From positions 1 through 24,353 of the forward strand of contig JBBDRO010000014.1 in NCBI GenBank assembly GCA_040905425.1: a stretch of DNA of 24,353 bases. Reading direction: 5' to 3'. Numbering within the stretch: the first letter of the stretch is position 1; the number at the start of each line of letters is the position of its first letter. A model generated the notes under the pieces. It had not been told where the DNA came from. It was given only the letters and a program-made list of their open reading frames with translations, and did not search any database. Positions 15,028 to 24,353 of this stretch are shown one piece after another. A program made the translations under genes and the position numbers. This DNA comes from Gemmatimonadota bacterium (GTDB lineage Bacteria > Gemmatimonadota > Gemmatimonadetes > Longimicrobiales > RSA9).

Positions 15028-16310
15028 GCCGCAGCGCGTCGCCGCGTGTGGTGCGTGTACCCGGGGATAAGTCCATAAGCCACCGTGCGCTGCTCCTGGC
15101 CGCGCTGGCGGAGGGGCGGAGCAGCGTGCGTGGCATCCTCACCGGTCAGGATCTGCAGGCCACGGCGGCGGTGCTGCGGCGGCTCGGTGTGGACGTGCCG
15201 GAGCTGGCGGCGGAGCTGGCGTTCGAGGGCGTGGGCGCGGGCGGGCTGCGGGCCCCCGAGCTGCCGCTCGACTGCGGCAACAGCGGCACCACGGCCAGGC
15301 TGCTGCTGGGCATCCTGGCGGGATGCGCCTTCCGGGCCGAGGTGCGGGGAGACGCGTCGCTGTCCATGCGGCCGATGGGCCGCGTCACCGAGCCGCTCAC
15401 CCGCATGGGGGCGCGCTTCGAAGCGCTGGACGAGCCCGGCTGCCTGCCGCTCGCCGTCACCGGCGGCCCGCTCTCACGCCTGGTGTGGGACAGCCCCCAC
15501 GCCAGCGCCCAGGTGAAGAGCGCCCTGCTCCTGGCCGCCCACGTGGGGGGGACGGAGGTGCGCGTCACCGAGCCGCTCCTGTCGCGTGATCACACGGAAC
15601 GCATGCTCGCCGCCGCCGGCGTGCCGGTGCAGCGCGGCACGGCCGAGGACGGCCGCCCCTGGGTGGCGCTGGCGGGCGGCGCCCCGCTCGGAGCGCGGGC
15701 GTACGTGGTTCCCGCCGACCCTTCGGCGGCCGCCTTCCCGCTGGCGCTGGCGTTGCTCGGTGGCACGGGGCCGGTGGAGATTCCGGGTGTGTGCGTAAAT
15801 CCCACGCGCGCCGGCTTCCTGGCCGTGCTCGAGCGCATGGGAGCCGTGGTGGAGGTGGTCGATCGGCGCGAGGAATCCGGCGAACCGGTGGCCACGCTCC
15901 GTGCCGAGCCGGGTTCACTGCGCGCCACCGAGGTGGCGGCCGAGGAACTGCCTGCGCTCATCGACGAGGTGCCGGTGCTGGCCATCCTGGCCGCACGCGC
16001 GGAGGGTGAGACCCGCATTACGGGCGCGGCCGAACTGCGCGTCAAGGAGACGGACCGGTTGGCCGCCCTTGCGGCCAACCTGCGCGCGGTGGGTGTGGCG
16101 GCCGAGGAGCTGCCCGACGGCCTGGTGGTGCAGGGCACGGACGCGCCCCTGCGCGGCCGGGTGCAGGCGCGCGGCGACCACCGCATTGCCATGGCCTTCG
16201 GCGTGCTCGGCGCCACGCCGGGCGCGGACATCCAGGTGGATGATCCGGCTGTGGCGGGCGTGAGCTTTCCGGGCTTCTGGGAGTTGCTGGCTGAACTCGG
16301 GCGCCGGTGA
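15024..16310 (+). CDS. aroA: EPSP synthase
   Basis: GTG 15024 overlaps the tyrA stop. PGDKSISHRAL, DCGNSGTTARL, GDASLSMRPMGR, ASAQVKSA, SRDHTERML, IDEVP, ELRVKETDR, DHRIAM. Confidence 0.97.
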   Translation: MSRSASPRVVRVPGDKSISHRALLLAALAEGRSSVRGILTGQDLQATAAVLRRLGVDVPELAAELAFEGVGAGGLRAPELPLDCGNSGTTARLLLGILAGCAFRAEVRGDASLSMRPMGRVTEPLTRMGARFEALDEPGCLPLAVTGGPLSRLVWDSPHASAQVKSALLLAAHVGGTEVRVTEPLLSRDHTERMLAAAGVPVQRGTAEDGRPWVALAGGAPLGARAYVVPADPSAAAFPLALALLGGTGPVEIPGVCVNPTRAGFLAVLERMGAVVEVVDRREESGEPVATLRAEPGSLRATEVAAEELPALIDEVPVLAILAARAEGETRITGAAELRVKETDRLAALAANLRAVGVAAEELPDGLVVQGTDAPLRGRVQARGDHRIAMAFGVLGATPGADIQVDDPAVAGVSFPGFWELLAELGRR

Positions 16311-16975
16311 TCATCACCATCGACGGTCCGGCGGGATCGGGGAAGAGCACGACGGCCCGCGCGGTGGCCACGCGGCTGGGATTCAGGCACCTGGATTCGG
16401 GCGCCTTCTATCGCGCGCTCACACTGGCGGCCCTGCGCGCCGGTCTGCCGCCGGATTCGTGGGACGCGCTGTCGCCCGCCGCGGTGGAGGCGCTGACCGT
16501 GGAGGCGGTGCCGGTGGCGGCGGGCTTCGCCATGCGGATCGACGATGAGGAGGTCGGGGAGGAACTGCGCTCATCGGAGGTAACCGCACGGGTCTCCGCG
16601 ATGGCGCAGGTGCCCGCCGTGCGCAGCTGGCTGCTGCGTCACCTGCGCGCGGCCGCCCGGCATGGCAGCCTGGTCACCGACGGCCGTGACATGGGCACCG
16701 TGGTCTTCCCTGCAGCGGAGCTCAAGGTCTTCCTGGTGGCCGATCCGGCCGTACGGGCACTGCGCCGCCTCCGCCAGGAGGGCAGCGCGGAGCCGGACGG
16801 CGCCGCGGTGGCCGCCGAGGAGGCACGCCTGCGCGCACGCGACCGGGTGGACAGCGAACGGTCCGTTGCCCCCCTGCGGCGTGCGCCGGATGCCGTGGAA
16901 CTGGACACCACCCACCTGGATTTCACGGAGCAGGTGGAGGGCATCGTGCGCCTGGCGAGGGCGCGGGGCGCGTAG
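16307..16975 (+). CDS. cmk: Cytidylate kinase
   Basis: IDGPAGSGKST, LDSGAFYRA, DGRDMGTVVFP.A..KVFL, RD..DS.R..APL. Confidence 0.97.
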   Translation: MIITIDGPAGSGKSTTARAVATRLGFRHLDSGAFYRALTLAALRAGLPPDSWDALSPAAVEALTVEAVPVAAGFAMRIDDEEVGEELRSSEVTARVSAMAQVPAVRSWLLRHLRAAARHGSLVTDGRDMGTVVFPAAELKVFLVADPAVRALRRLRQEGSAEPDGAAVAAEEARLRARDRVDSERSVAPLRRAPDAVELDTTHLDFTEQVEGIVRLARARGA

Positions 16976-17034
16976 CGCGTTCCAGAGGGAGTGGGGTGAC
17001 CGGCGTCGTCGCCTGACACAGTCCTCGGAATGGC

Positions 17035-17063
17035 TTGACGTCCCATGCAGAATCCGCGATTAT
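17035..17063 (+). promoter_or_regulatory. Putative rpsA promoter
   Basis: TTGACG (17035-17040), 17 nt, GATTAT (17058-17063), with an overlapping TATAAC at 17061, in an AT-richer patch. Confidence 0.6.
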
Positions 17064-17168
17064 AACGATCTGTACCCCCGCACGGTGCGGGGCGGGCGGA
17101 CCACGACGGTCCGTGCCGACCACCCCAACCCGGTGCCATCCCCTGGCCCCGGAGCTCGGAGCGCGATC

Positions 17169-19334
17169 ATGGCGGACGCCAATACCCCCCAGGAAACCGA
17201 AGACGTGACCCCCGCCGCCGAGGCGGACGCGAGCACGCATACCGCGGAGCGCCCCGCCAAGCGGAGCGCGGAAACGGAATATGCCGATTCGTACTTCCTC
17301 GAGGAGGACGAGTACTCCATGGAGGAGTACGAAGAGCTGCTCGGCATGTACGAGGAGACGCTCAGCAACATCGAGGAAGGTGAGATCGTCACCGCGCGGG
17401 TGCTGCGCCTGACGGAAAACGCCGTCATCCTGGATGTGGGCTTCAAGAGCGAAGGCTCCATCTCCCGGGACGAGTTCAAGAACGCGGACGAACTCGAGCC
17501 CGGTGACGAGGTGGAGGTCTTCCTCGAGAACCTGGAGGACTCCGAGGGCGTGGTGGTGCTCTCCAAGAAGAAGGCGGACTTCCTCCGCGTCTGGGAAAAG
17601 ATCAAGACCGCCTACGAGAGTGACGACCAGGTGCCGGGCATCCTCACCCGCAAGATCAAGGGCGGCGTGACGGTGGACCTCATGGGTGTGGACGCCTTCC
17701 TGCCGGGCTCCCAGATCGCGCTGCGCCGGGTCCCGAACATCGAGGACCTCATCGGCCAGCAGTATGACTTCAAGATCATCAAGCTGAACAAGCGGCGCCG
17801 CAACATCGTGGTGAGTCGCCGGGTGATCCTGGAGGAGGAGCGGGAGACCAAGCGCGAGCAGCTCGTGAAGGAGTTGCTGGTGGGGCAGGTGCGCCACGGC
17901 ATCGTGAAGAACGTCACCGACTTCGGCGCGTTCATCGATCTGGGCGGGCTGGACGGCCTGCTGCACATCACGGACATGAGCTGGGGCCGCGTGGGTCATC
18001 CCTCCGAGATCGTGCAGATCGGCGACGAGCTGGACGTGAAGGTGCTGGACATCGACTGGAACCGGGAGCGTATCTCCCTGGGGCTGAAGCAGCTGCTGCC
18101 GTATCCCTGGAAGGACATCGAGCGGAAGTACCCCGTGGGCGTCCGCATTCGTGGCAAGGTGGTCTCCATCACCAACTACGGCGCCTTCGTGGAGCTGGAG
18201 AAGGGCGTGGAGGGGTTGGTCCACATCAGCGAGATGTCGTGGACGCGCAACGTGAAGCACCCCTCGAAGCTGGTCTCCATCGGGGATGAGATCGAGGCCG
18301 TGGTCCTGAAGGTGGACCGCGACGACGAGAAGATCTCGCTCGGCATGAAGCAGATCGAGGAGGATCCGTGGCTGGCGCTGCCGGAGAAGTACCCGGTCGG
18401 CACCCGCGTGGAGGGCAAGGTCCGCAACCTGACCTCCTTCGGTGCCTTCGTGGAGATCGAACCCGGCATCGACGGGCTCATCCATATCTCGGACATGAGC
18501 TGGACCAAGCGCATCCAGCACCCCTCCGAGGTGCTCCGCAAGGGTGATGACGTGGAGGTGGTGGTCCTCTCGGTGGATCCGGAGAACAAGCGCATCTCAC
18601 TGGGTCTCAAGCAGACGCAGGAGGATCCGTGGGAGGAGCTGGCCACGCGCTTCTCGCCGGGCGTGGAGATGGAAGGCAAGGGCGTGCGCGTCCTCGAGGA
18701 CGGTGTGGTGGTGGATCTGGGGGATGACATCGAGGGCTTCGTGCCCCGCAGCCAGACGCAGATCCCCGACGGCCAGGACATGGAGAACTACGTGCATGAG
18801 GGTACGCCGCTCCCGGTCCGCGTCATGGAGGTGGACGTGGCCAACCGCCGTATCGTGCTGACCATCACCGAGGCGCCGGAGCGGCTGCCGGACGAGCCGG
18901 AAAAGCCCGCCGACGAGGAGGGCGCCGAGGGCCCGGAGAGCGACGAGGAGGCCGCCGAAGCACCCGCCGCGGAGGCGGAGGCCGGCGCACCGGAGGCCTC
19001 AGGCGGCACCGAGGCCGCGACGGAACCCGAGGCTGAGGCTGAGGCCGGGACGAAGGCTGAGGCCGACGTTGAGCCGGAGGCAGAGGCAGAGGCCGAGGCA
19101 GAGGCAGAGGCAGAGGCAGAGGCAGAGGCCGAGACCGAAGCGCCTGCCGATCCCGAAGCCGAGACGGAGACCGGGGCCAAGGCCAAGGCAGAGGCCGAAA
19201 CCGAAGCGCCTGCCGAGCCCGAAGCCACGGCTGCCGCGGAAGCGGAGTCGGAGTCCGCTGACGCCGAGCCCGAGGGCCAGGCCGAGGCGGCGGACGCGGA
19301 GGAGCCGGCCGCCGAGGAGGACGAGAAGGCCTGA
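17169..19334 (+). CDS. rpsA: 30S ribosomal protein S1 with acidic N-terminal and long acidic C-terminal extensions
   Basis: ATG 17169 with GGAG SD; six S1-type domains (e.g. FGAFIDLGGLDGLLHITDMSW, YGAFVELEKGVEGLVHISEMSW, FGAFVEIEPGIDGLIHISDMSW); follows cmk. Confidence 0.97.
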   Translation: MADANTPQETEDVTPAAEADASTHTAERPAKRSAETEYADSYFLEEDEYSMEEYEELLGMYEETLSNIEEGEIVTARVLRLTENAVILDVGFKSEGSISRDEFKNADELEPGDEVEVFLENLEDSEGVVVLSKKKADFLRVWEKIKTAYESDDQVPGILTRKIKGGVTVDLMGVDAFLPGSQIALRRVPNIEDLIGQQYDFKIIKLNKRRRNIVVSRRVILEEERETKREQLVKELLVGQVRHGIVKNVTDFGAFIDLGGLDGLLHITDMSWGRVGHPSEIVQIGDELDVKVLDIDWNRERISLGLKQLLPYPWKDIERKYPVGVRIRGKVVSITNYGAFVELEKGVEGLVHISEMSWTRNVKHPSKLVSIGDEIEAVVLKVDRDDEKISLGMKQIEEDPWLALPEKYPVGTRVEGKVRNLTSFGAFVEIEPGIDGLIHISDMSWTKRIQHPSEVLRKGDDVEVVVLSVDPENKRISLGLKQTQEDPWEELATRFSPGVEMEGKGVRVLEDGVVVDLGDDIEGFVPRSQTQIPDGQDMENYVHEGTPLPVRVMEVDVANRRIVLTITEAPERLPDEPEKPADEEGAEGPESDEEAAEAPAAEAEAGAPEASGGTEAATEPEAEAEAGTKAEADVEPEAEAEAEAEAEAEAEAEAETEAPADPEAETETGAKAKAEAETEAPAEPEATAAAEAESESADAEPEGQAEAADAEEPAAEEDEKA
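19077..19130 (+). repeat. Hexanucleotide tandem repeat GAGGC(A/C) x9 encoding (EA)9 in the S1 tail
   Basis: Read directly: seven GAGGCA and two GAGGCC units. Confidence 0.92.
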
Positions 19335-19355
19335 CCGTTGCTCTGGCCGATGAAT

Positions 19356-19391
19356 GGGATGGGGCGCCACGCGGGGCCCCATCCCTTTTTT
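19356..19391 (+). terminator. Intrinsic terminator after rpsA
   Basis: GGGATGGGGC-N10-GCCCCATCCC followed by TTTTTT. Confidence 0.9.
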
Positions 19392-19444
19392 CGTGCCCCG
19401 GCCGTGCGTATGTTGCGGCGCACTTCCCCTTACCCCGGAGATCC

Positions 19445-20587
19445 TTGCTGACGCCACGAAGCCTGGGAACCTGCGCGGCTATCCTCATCTCCGCCTGCGC
19501 CAGCGGTGAATTGCCGCCCGCCGAGTCGATCCCCGTGCCCGATACCGCTCGGACCGCCGAGGGGCGTCCAGAAGCGGCGGCCGCCGCGCCGGCCGGTCTG
19601 CCCCGGCTGGCCGTGGCTGTGGCGCTTGCCGACCCCTCCCTCGGCGGCTTTGGGGAGCGGGTGGTGGAAGGCGTGCGCCTGGCGGTCGAGGAGGGGGGCA
19701 TGGAGGTGGACCTGCTCGTGGAGGACCGGGGCGGTGCCGCCGGCGTGGCGGCGGCGGAGGCGGGGGGCGCCCTCGTGGTGATCGGGCCGCTCGACGAGCA
19801 GGCGCTCGTGACGGCCAGCGAGGCCCGTACGGACCCTGAGCTCGCTCTGGTGAGTCCGACCGCCAGTCGGGCACCCTTCGGAGCCCGTAATGTCTACGCG
19901 CTGAACGGTGAAGACGTGCGTGGGGCCGAAGCACTCGCGGCCTGGGCAGGGGAGCGCGGGCTCCGCACGGTGGGCCTGCTCTATCCGAGCATACCGGGCT
20001 TCATGGCGCAGGCCGAAGCCTTCCGCCGGGTAGCGGAACGCAACGGCGCGCGGGTCGTGGATCGGCCCTTTGCACCGGGCACAACCACGTTCGGGGAGCC
20101 ACTGGAGGAACTGGCCGCGGCGGGCGTACAGGCGGTGTTCATTCCCGGGAGCGAGCGGGACGTGCGCCAGATCGCCCCGCAGGTGCGCTACTTCGGGCTG
20201 GATGGCGTGCGCATCCTGGGCAACGAAGCCTGGGTGAGCGCCGAGGTGTTGCGCGGCGTGGACCGGGCGGTTCTGGAGGGGGTGGTGGCGGCCACGCCGG
20301 TGTCACCAGAGGACGAGGAAGCGTGGGAGGCGTTCGCCCGACGGTACGAGGAGCGCTTCCGCCGCTCCCTGGATTCGCCGGCGGCTGCGCTGGGCCACGA
20401 TGCGGCGCTGCTGGTGCTCGAGGCGCTGGCAGGCGGTGGCGACCGTGCCGCGGTGGCGCGGCGCCTGGCCGCCGTGACCGAGCTGCGGGGGGCCACGGGA
20501 CTGCTCAGCGTGCGCGACGGTGCCATAACCCGGCGGCCCTACCTGGTGATGATACGGGATGGGCGCGTGGGACCGGTGGCGCGATGA
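19445..20587 (+). CDS. Lipoprotein with type I periplasmic-binding-protein fold (LppC/LpoA-like or branched-chain amino-acid-binding-like)
   Basis: TTG start after GGAG; lipobox-like [48 protein letters not shown]. Confidence 0.75.
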   Translation: MLTPRSLGTCAAILISACASGELPPAESIPVPDTARTAEGRPEAAAAAPAGLPRLAVAVALADPSLGGFGERVVEGVRLAVEEGGMEVDLLVEDRGGAAGVAAAEAGGALVVIGPLDEQALVTASEARTDPELALVSPTASRAPFGARNVYALNGEDVRGAEALAAWAGERGLRTVGLLYPSIPGFMAQAEAFRRVAERNGARVVDRPFAPGTTTFGEPLEELAAAGVQAVFIPGSERDVRQIAPQVRYFGLDGVRILGNEAWVSAEVLRGVDRAVLEGVVAATPVSPEDEEAWEAFARRYEERFRRSLDSPAAALGHDAALLVLEALAGGGDRAAVARRLAAVTELRGATGLLSVRDGAITRRPYLVMIRDGRVGPVAR

Positions 20588-22134
20588 GCATGCGCGAAAA
20601 GCTGGAGGAACTGGCAGAGCTGCGCCGGCAGGCGGCGGATGGAGGCGGCCCCGCACGCGTGAAGGCTCAGCACGAGCGCGGTAAGCTGTCGGCCCGGGAG
20701 CGTCTGGATCTGCTCCTGGACGAGGGCAGCTTCGTGGAGATCGATGCCTTCGTCACCCACCGGGCAACGGGCTTCGGCCTCGAAGACAACAAAGTTCTGG
20801 GTGACGGCGTGGTCACCGGGTGGGGTACGATCCGCGGACGCCTCGTCTATGTCTTCAGCCAGGACTTCACGGTGTTCGGAGGCTCACTGGCCGAAGCGCA
20901 TGCCGAGAAGATCGTCAAGATCATGGACATGGCGCTCAAGAACGGGGCGCCGGTGGTGGGCCTGAACGATTCCGGCGGTGCGCGCATCCAGGAAGGAGTG
21001 GTGAGCCTGGGCGGCTACGCGGACATCTTCCTGCGCAATACCCTGGCCTCGGGTGTGGTGCCACAGATCAGCGCCATCCTGGGCCCGTGCGCCGGTGGCG
21101 CCGTCTATTCCCCCGCCATCACGGACTTCGTCTACATGGTACGCGGGACGAGCTACATGTTCGTCACGGGTCCCAACGTGGTCAAGACGGTCACGCACGA
21201 AGAGATCGACATGGAGGGGCTGGGCGGAGCGGACGTGCACGCCGGGACCTCCGGGGTGGCGCATTTTGCCCACGACAGTGAGATGGAGAGCCTGGCTGCC
21301 ATCCGTGACCTCTTCCACTACATCCCGCAGAACAACCGTGAGGATCCGCCGCGGCGTCCCACGGACGATCCGTTCGACCGCCAGGATGAGGAACTGCTCG
21401 ACATCGTACCGGATGAGCCGTCCCGTCCCTACGACATCCACGACGTGATCGGCCGGGTGGTGGATGACGGCGCGTTCTACGAGGTGCACGCGGGTTACGC
21501 GGGCAACATCGTGGTGGGGTTCGCGCACCTGGGATCGCACGCTGTGGGGATCGTGGCCAACCAGCCGGCCGTGCTCGCCGGGGTGCTGGACATCAACAGT
21601 GCCGTGAAGGGTGCGCGCTTCGTGCGCTTCTGCGACGCGTTCAATATTCCACTCGTGGTCTTCGAGGACGTCCCCGGTTTCCTGCCCGGCGTGGCCCAGG
21701 AGCACGGCGGCATCATCCGGCACGGAGCCAAGCTGCTCTACGCCTTCTGCGAGGCCACGGTGCCGCGCATCACCGTCATCACGCGCAAGGCCTACGGCGG
21801 CGCGTACGACGTCATGAACTCCAAGCACATCCGCGGCGATGTCAACCTGGCCTGGCCCACCGCGGAAATCGCGGTGATGGGGCCCAAAGGCGCCGTGGAG
21901 ATCCTCTTCCGCAAGGAAATCGCCGAAGCCGGGGAGGGCGGTACGGTGGCGGCCGAGCGCGAAGCGGAGTACCGTGAGAGGTTTGCCAACCCGTACGAAG
22001 CAGCGGCGCGGGGCTTCATCGATGACGTCATCGACCCCCGCGCCACCAGGCCGCGGCTCATCAACACCCTGGACATGCTGCGGAACAAGCGGGACACCAA
22101 CCCGCCCCGGAAGCACGGCAACCTGCCCCTCTGA
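20584..22134 (+). CDS. pccB: Acyl-CoA (propionyl-/methylmalonyl-CoA type) carboxyltransferase subunit
   Basis: ATG 20584 (ATGA overlap). [75 protein letters not shown]. Substrate specificity cannot be fixed from sequence. Confidence 0.9.
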   Translation: MSMREKLEELAELRRQAADGGGPARVKAQHERGKLSARERLDLLLDEGSFVEIDAFVTHRATGFGLEDNKVLGDGVVTGWGTIRGRLVYVFSQDFTVFGGSLAEAHAEKIVKIMDMALKNGAPVVGLNDSGGARIQEGVVSLGGYADIFLRNTLASGVVPQISAILGPCAGGAVYSPAITDFVYMVRGTSYMFVTGPNVVKTVTHEEIDMEGLGGADVHAGTSGVAHFAHDSEMESLAAIRDLFHYIPQNNREDPPRRPTDDPFDRQDEELLDIVPDEPSRPYDIHDVIGRVVDDGAFYEVHAGYAGNIVVGFAHLGSHAVGIVANQPAVLAGVLDINSAVKGARFVRFCDAFNIPLVVFEDVPGFLPGVAQEHGGIIRHGAKLLYAFCEATVPRITVITRKAYGGAYDVMNSKHIRGDVNLAWPTAEIAVMGPKGAVEILFRKEIAEAGEGGTVAAEREAEYRERFANPYEAAARGFIDDVIDPRATRPRLINTLDMLRNKRDTNPPRKHGNLPL

Positions 22135-22200
22135 GGATGGAGGCCCCTTGGCGCTGATCGAGCCGGTCGTCGCTGGATGCACGCGCGCGGTCGGCGGGGC

Positions 22201-23682
22201 ATGCTGAACAAGGTCCTGGTCGCGAACCGGGGTGAGATCGCGGTGCGCGTCATCCGCGCTTGCCGCGAACTCGGGATCGGCTCGGTGGCGGTGTTCTCCG
22301 ATGCCGACCGCCTGTCGCCGCATGTGATGGCGGCCGACGAGGCCTATCGTATCGGCCCCGCCCCTTCGGCACAGAGCTACCTGCGCACTGACGCCCTGCT
22401 CGACGTAGCGCGGCGATCCGGTTGCGACGCGGTCCATCCTGGCTACGGGTTCCTGGCCGAGCGGGCCTCCTTCGCGGCCGCCGTAGAGGAGGCCGGCCTG
22501 ATCTTCGTGGGCCCCACCTCCGCGGCCATTGCCGCGATGGGGGACAAAACGGAGGCCCGCAGGCGCATGGTGGCTGCGGAGGTGCCCGTCGTGCCCGGCA
22601 CCACCGAGCCGCTGCCGGACGCGGCCGCCGCCGCGGCGGCAGCCGCCGATTTCGGCTACCCGGTGCTTCTCAAAGCCGCGGCGGGCGGGGGCGGAAAGGG
22701 CATGCGCGTGGTGCGCGAGGAGGGCAACATCGCGCGGGCGCTCGAGGCCGCCGTACACGAGGCCGAGAACGCCTTCGGAGACGGTACCGTCTACCTCGAA
22801 AAGTACCTGGACCACCCGCGGCACGTGGAGATCCAGATCCTGGCGGACGACGCGGGCACGGTGCTCTACCTGGGGGAGCGTGAGTGCTCGATCCAGCGGC
22901 GGCACCAGAAGATGGTCGAAGAGGCACCATCGCCCGCCGTGGGACCGGAATTACGCCGCCGCATGGGGGAGGCCGCGGTAGCGGCGGCCGCCGCCGTGGG
23001 CTACCGGAACGCCGGCACCATCGAGTTCCTCCTGCAAGATGGAGCCTACTACTTCCTGGAGATGAACACTCGCATCCAGGTGGAACACCCGGTCACGGAG
23101 CTCGTGACCGGCCTGGATCTGGTCCAGTGGCAGCTGCGCATCGCGGGCGGTGAGCACCTCGACCTGGCCCAGGAGGACGTGATCATCCAGGGACACGCGC
23201 TCGAATGCCGGATCACGAGCGAGGACGCGGCGAACGGCTTTCTGCCCTCGACGGGCCGCATCCACGGCGTGCGGCTTCCCGGCGGCCCCGGCGTGCGCTG
23301 GGACGGAGCCATTGCGGACGGCGTGGACATCTCACTCTACTATGACCCTCTGCTCGGCAAGCTCATCACGCACGGCCCTGACCGCGCGTCGGCCGTAGCG
23401 CGCATGACCCGCGCGCTCCATGAGCTGTCCGTCCGGGGCGTCGAGACGAGCATCCCCTTCCATCGCCGGTTGATGGCCGAGCCCGACTTCAGGGCGGGGG
23501 AACTGGACATCCGCTTTCTGGACCGGCATCCCGATTTGCTGGACGGCGGGGTCGCGGAGGACACGCTGGAGGCGGCGGCCGTGGTGGCAGCACTCCTCGA
23601 GGAGGAGCGGCGCGGCCGGCGGGCGGTAGCTCGTATCGAGGGTAGTGTCTCTTCCAACTGGCGAGACAGGGGGTGGGGATGA
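22201..23682 (+). CDS. accC: Biotin carboxylase subunit (no fused biotinyl domain)
   Basis: KVLVANRGEIAVRVIRAC, HPGYGFLAE, KAAAGGGGKGMR, RECSIQRRHQK, EMNTRIQVEHPVTE, YYDPLLGKLI; no AMKM motif. Confidence 0.92.
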   Translation: MLNKVLVANRGEIAVRVIRACRELGIGSVAVFSDADRLSPHVMAADEAYRIGPAPSAQSYLRTDALLDVARRSGCDAVHPGYGFLAERASFAAAVEEAGLIFVGPTSAAIAAMGDKTEARRRMVAAEVPVVPGTTEPLPDAAAAAAAAADFGYPVLLKAAAGGGGKGMRVVREEGNIARALEAAVHEAENAFGDGTVYLEKYLDHPRHVEIQILADDAGTVLYLGERECSIQRRHQKMVEEAPSPAVGPELRRRMGEAAVAAAAAVGYRNAGTIEFLLQDGAYYFLEMNTRIQVEHPVTELVTGLDLVQWQLRIAGGEHLDLAQEDVIIQGHALECRITSEDAANGFLPSTGRIHGVRLPGGPGVRWDGAIADGVDISLYYDPLLGKLITHGPDRASAVARMTRALHELSVRGVETSIPFHRRLMAEPDFRAGELDIRFLDRHPDLLDGGVAEDTLEAAAVVAALLEEERRGRRAVARIEGSVSSNWRDRGWG

Positions 23683-24353
23683 GCGAACACTGGTTGCGTA
23701 CGGTGGCACTGCGGGCGGGTCTTCCCGAAGCGGATGACCTCGACCTGCCGACGAACACACCGATCGAGCAGGCCTGGAAGCATGCGCTCGAGACGCTCGG
23801 GCTGGACGAGGATCACCTCATTATGGTGATCGCCGACCATTACATGACCCACCGGGCAGACTTCACGGATCCCTCGCCCGCGGCCATTCGCCTCATCCCT
23901 GAGAAAGTGGTGCGCGTCTACAACGTCTTCCCGCTGCGCGAGAACGATCGAGAGATCTACGTGGCCACTGCGGATCCCACGGACGAGGAGGTGGTGGAGG
24001 CGCTCCACTACGCCTCGGGTCGCACGCCGGTCTTCCGGATCGCCACGCCCTGGGCCGTCCAGGAAGCCATCGACCGGTGCTACGCCAGCGAAGGTCCGGT
24101 GTCGAGCCTGCTGAGCCAGGTCACGCGGACCGTCGATGAGTCCGTCAGCGTCGAGCCTGAGGTGGAGCATCGGCCCGCGGCGCCGCCGTCGCCACCGGCC
24201 TCGCCTCTCGAGCGAGCGTTCGACGCCGTGGTGCCCGCGGAGTCGGCCGGGGCAGCGGCCGAGCCGGAGGCCGCGCCGGACGTTGAGGCGGAGGCCGAGC
24301 CGGACGTTGAGGCGGAGGCCGAGCCGGACGTTGAGGCGGAGGCCGAGCCGGAC
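23679..24353 (+). CDS. GspE/PilB N-terminal (T2SSE_N-like) domain protein with acidic Pro/Ala linker; truncated by the window end
   Basis: Not in the ORF track. ATGA overlap with the BC gene; MSEHWLRTVALRAGL...AIRLIPEKVVRVYNVFPLRENDREIYVATADPTDEEVVEALHYASGRTPVFRIATPWAVQEAIDRCY matches the GspE/PilB N1 pattern. Confidence 0.8.
   Translation, partial: MSEHWLRTVALRAGLPEADDLDLPTNTPIEQAWKHALETLGLDEDHLIMVIADHYMTHRADFTDPSPAAIRLIPEKVVRVYNVFPLRENDREIYVATADPTDEEVVEALHYASGRTPVFRIATPWAVQEAIDRCYASEGPVSSLLSQVTRTVDESVSVEPEVEHRPAAPPSPPASPLERAFDAVVPAESAGAAAEPEAAPDVEAEAEPDVEAEAEPDVEAEAEPD
24275..24353 (+). repeat. Perfect 24-nt tandem repeat GCCGGACGTTGAGGCGGAGGCCGA, at least 3.3 copies, encoding PDVEAEAE
   Basis: Units at 24275, 24299 and 24323, plus a partial unit at 24347 that reaches the window edge. 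Confidence 0.95.

Noticed and set aside
17076..17112. Structured autoregulatory rpsA leader (CCCCGCA/TGCGGGG and GGACC/GGTCC hairpins)
   Set aside because: Short GC stems are expected by chance here, and there is no comparative support available from this window alone.
24275..24353. CRISPR array (also considered for 7916-7991)
   Set aside because: Repeats are contiguous with no unique spacers, have periods that are multiples of 3 inside CDSs, and there are no cas genes.

Overview
High-GC bacterial chromosomal window from a diderm with TonB receptors and lipoproteins; Gemmatimonadota-like is only a guess from protein style and gene order. It is mostly housekeeping. In order: a truncated TonB-dependent receptor (-) divergent from a GH125-like six-hairpin glycosidase homolog; tRNA-Cys followed by a lower-GC RHH/MazF toxin-antitoxin pair; a PAP2 phosphatase; argH; an unknown protein with a duplicated domain; DAHP synthase aroF (-) head-to-head with a split transketolase-rpiA-rpe operon; tRNA-Leu(UAA)-small membrane protein-rnz-tyrA-aroA-cmk; rpsA with a long acidic tail; an LppC/LpoA-like lipoprotein; acyl-CoA carboxylase CT and BC subunits; and a truncated GspE/PilB N-terminal-domain protein. 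The most notable signal is a complete-looking ribosome-mediated attenuator upstream of aroF: a promoter, a probably leaderless 28-aa Tyr/Phe-rich peptide ([28 protein letters not shown]), antiterminator-capable segments and an intrinsic terminator. Further points are recurrent leaderless promoter geometry, a CCA-less tRNA at the head of the RNase Z operon, and an apparently degenerate catalytic motif in the GH125-like protein. All calls were made by eye, with no database searches or folding computations.
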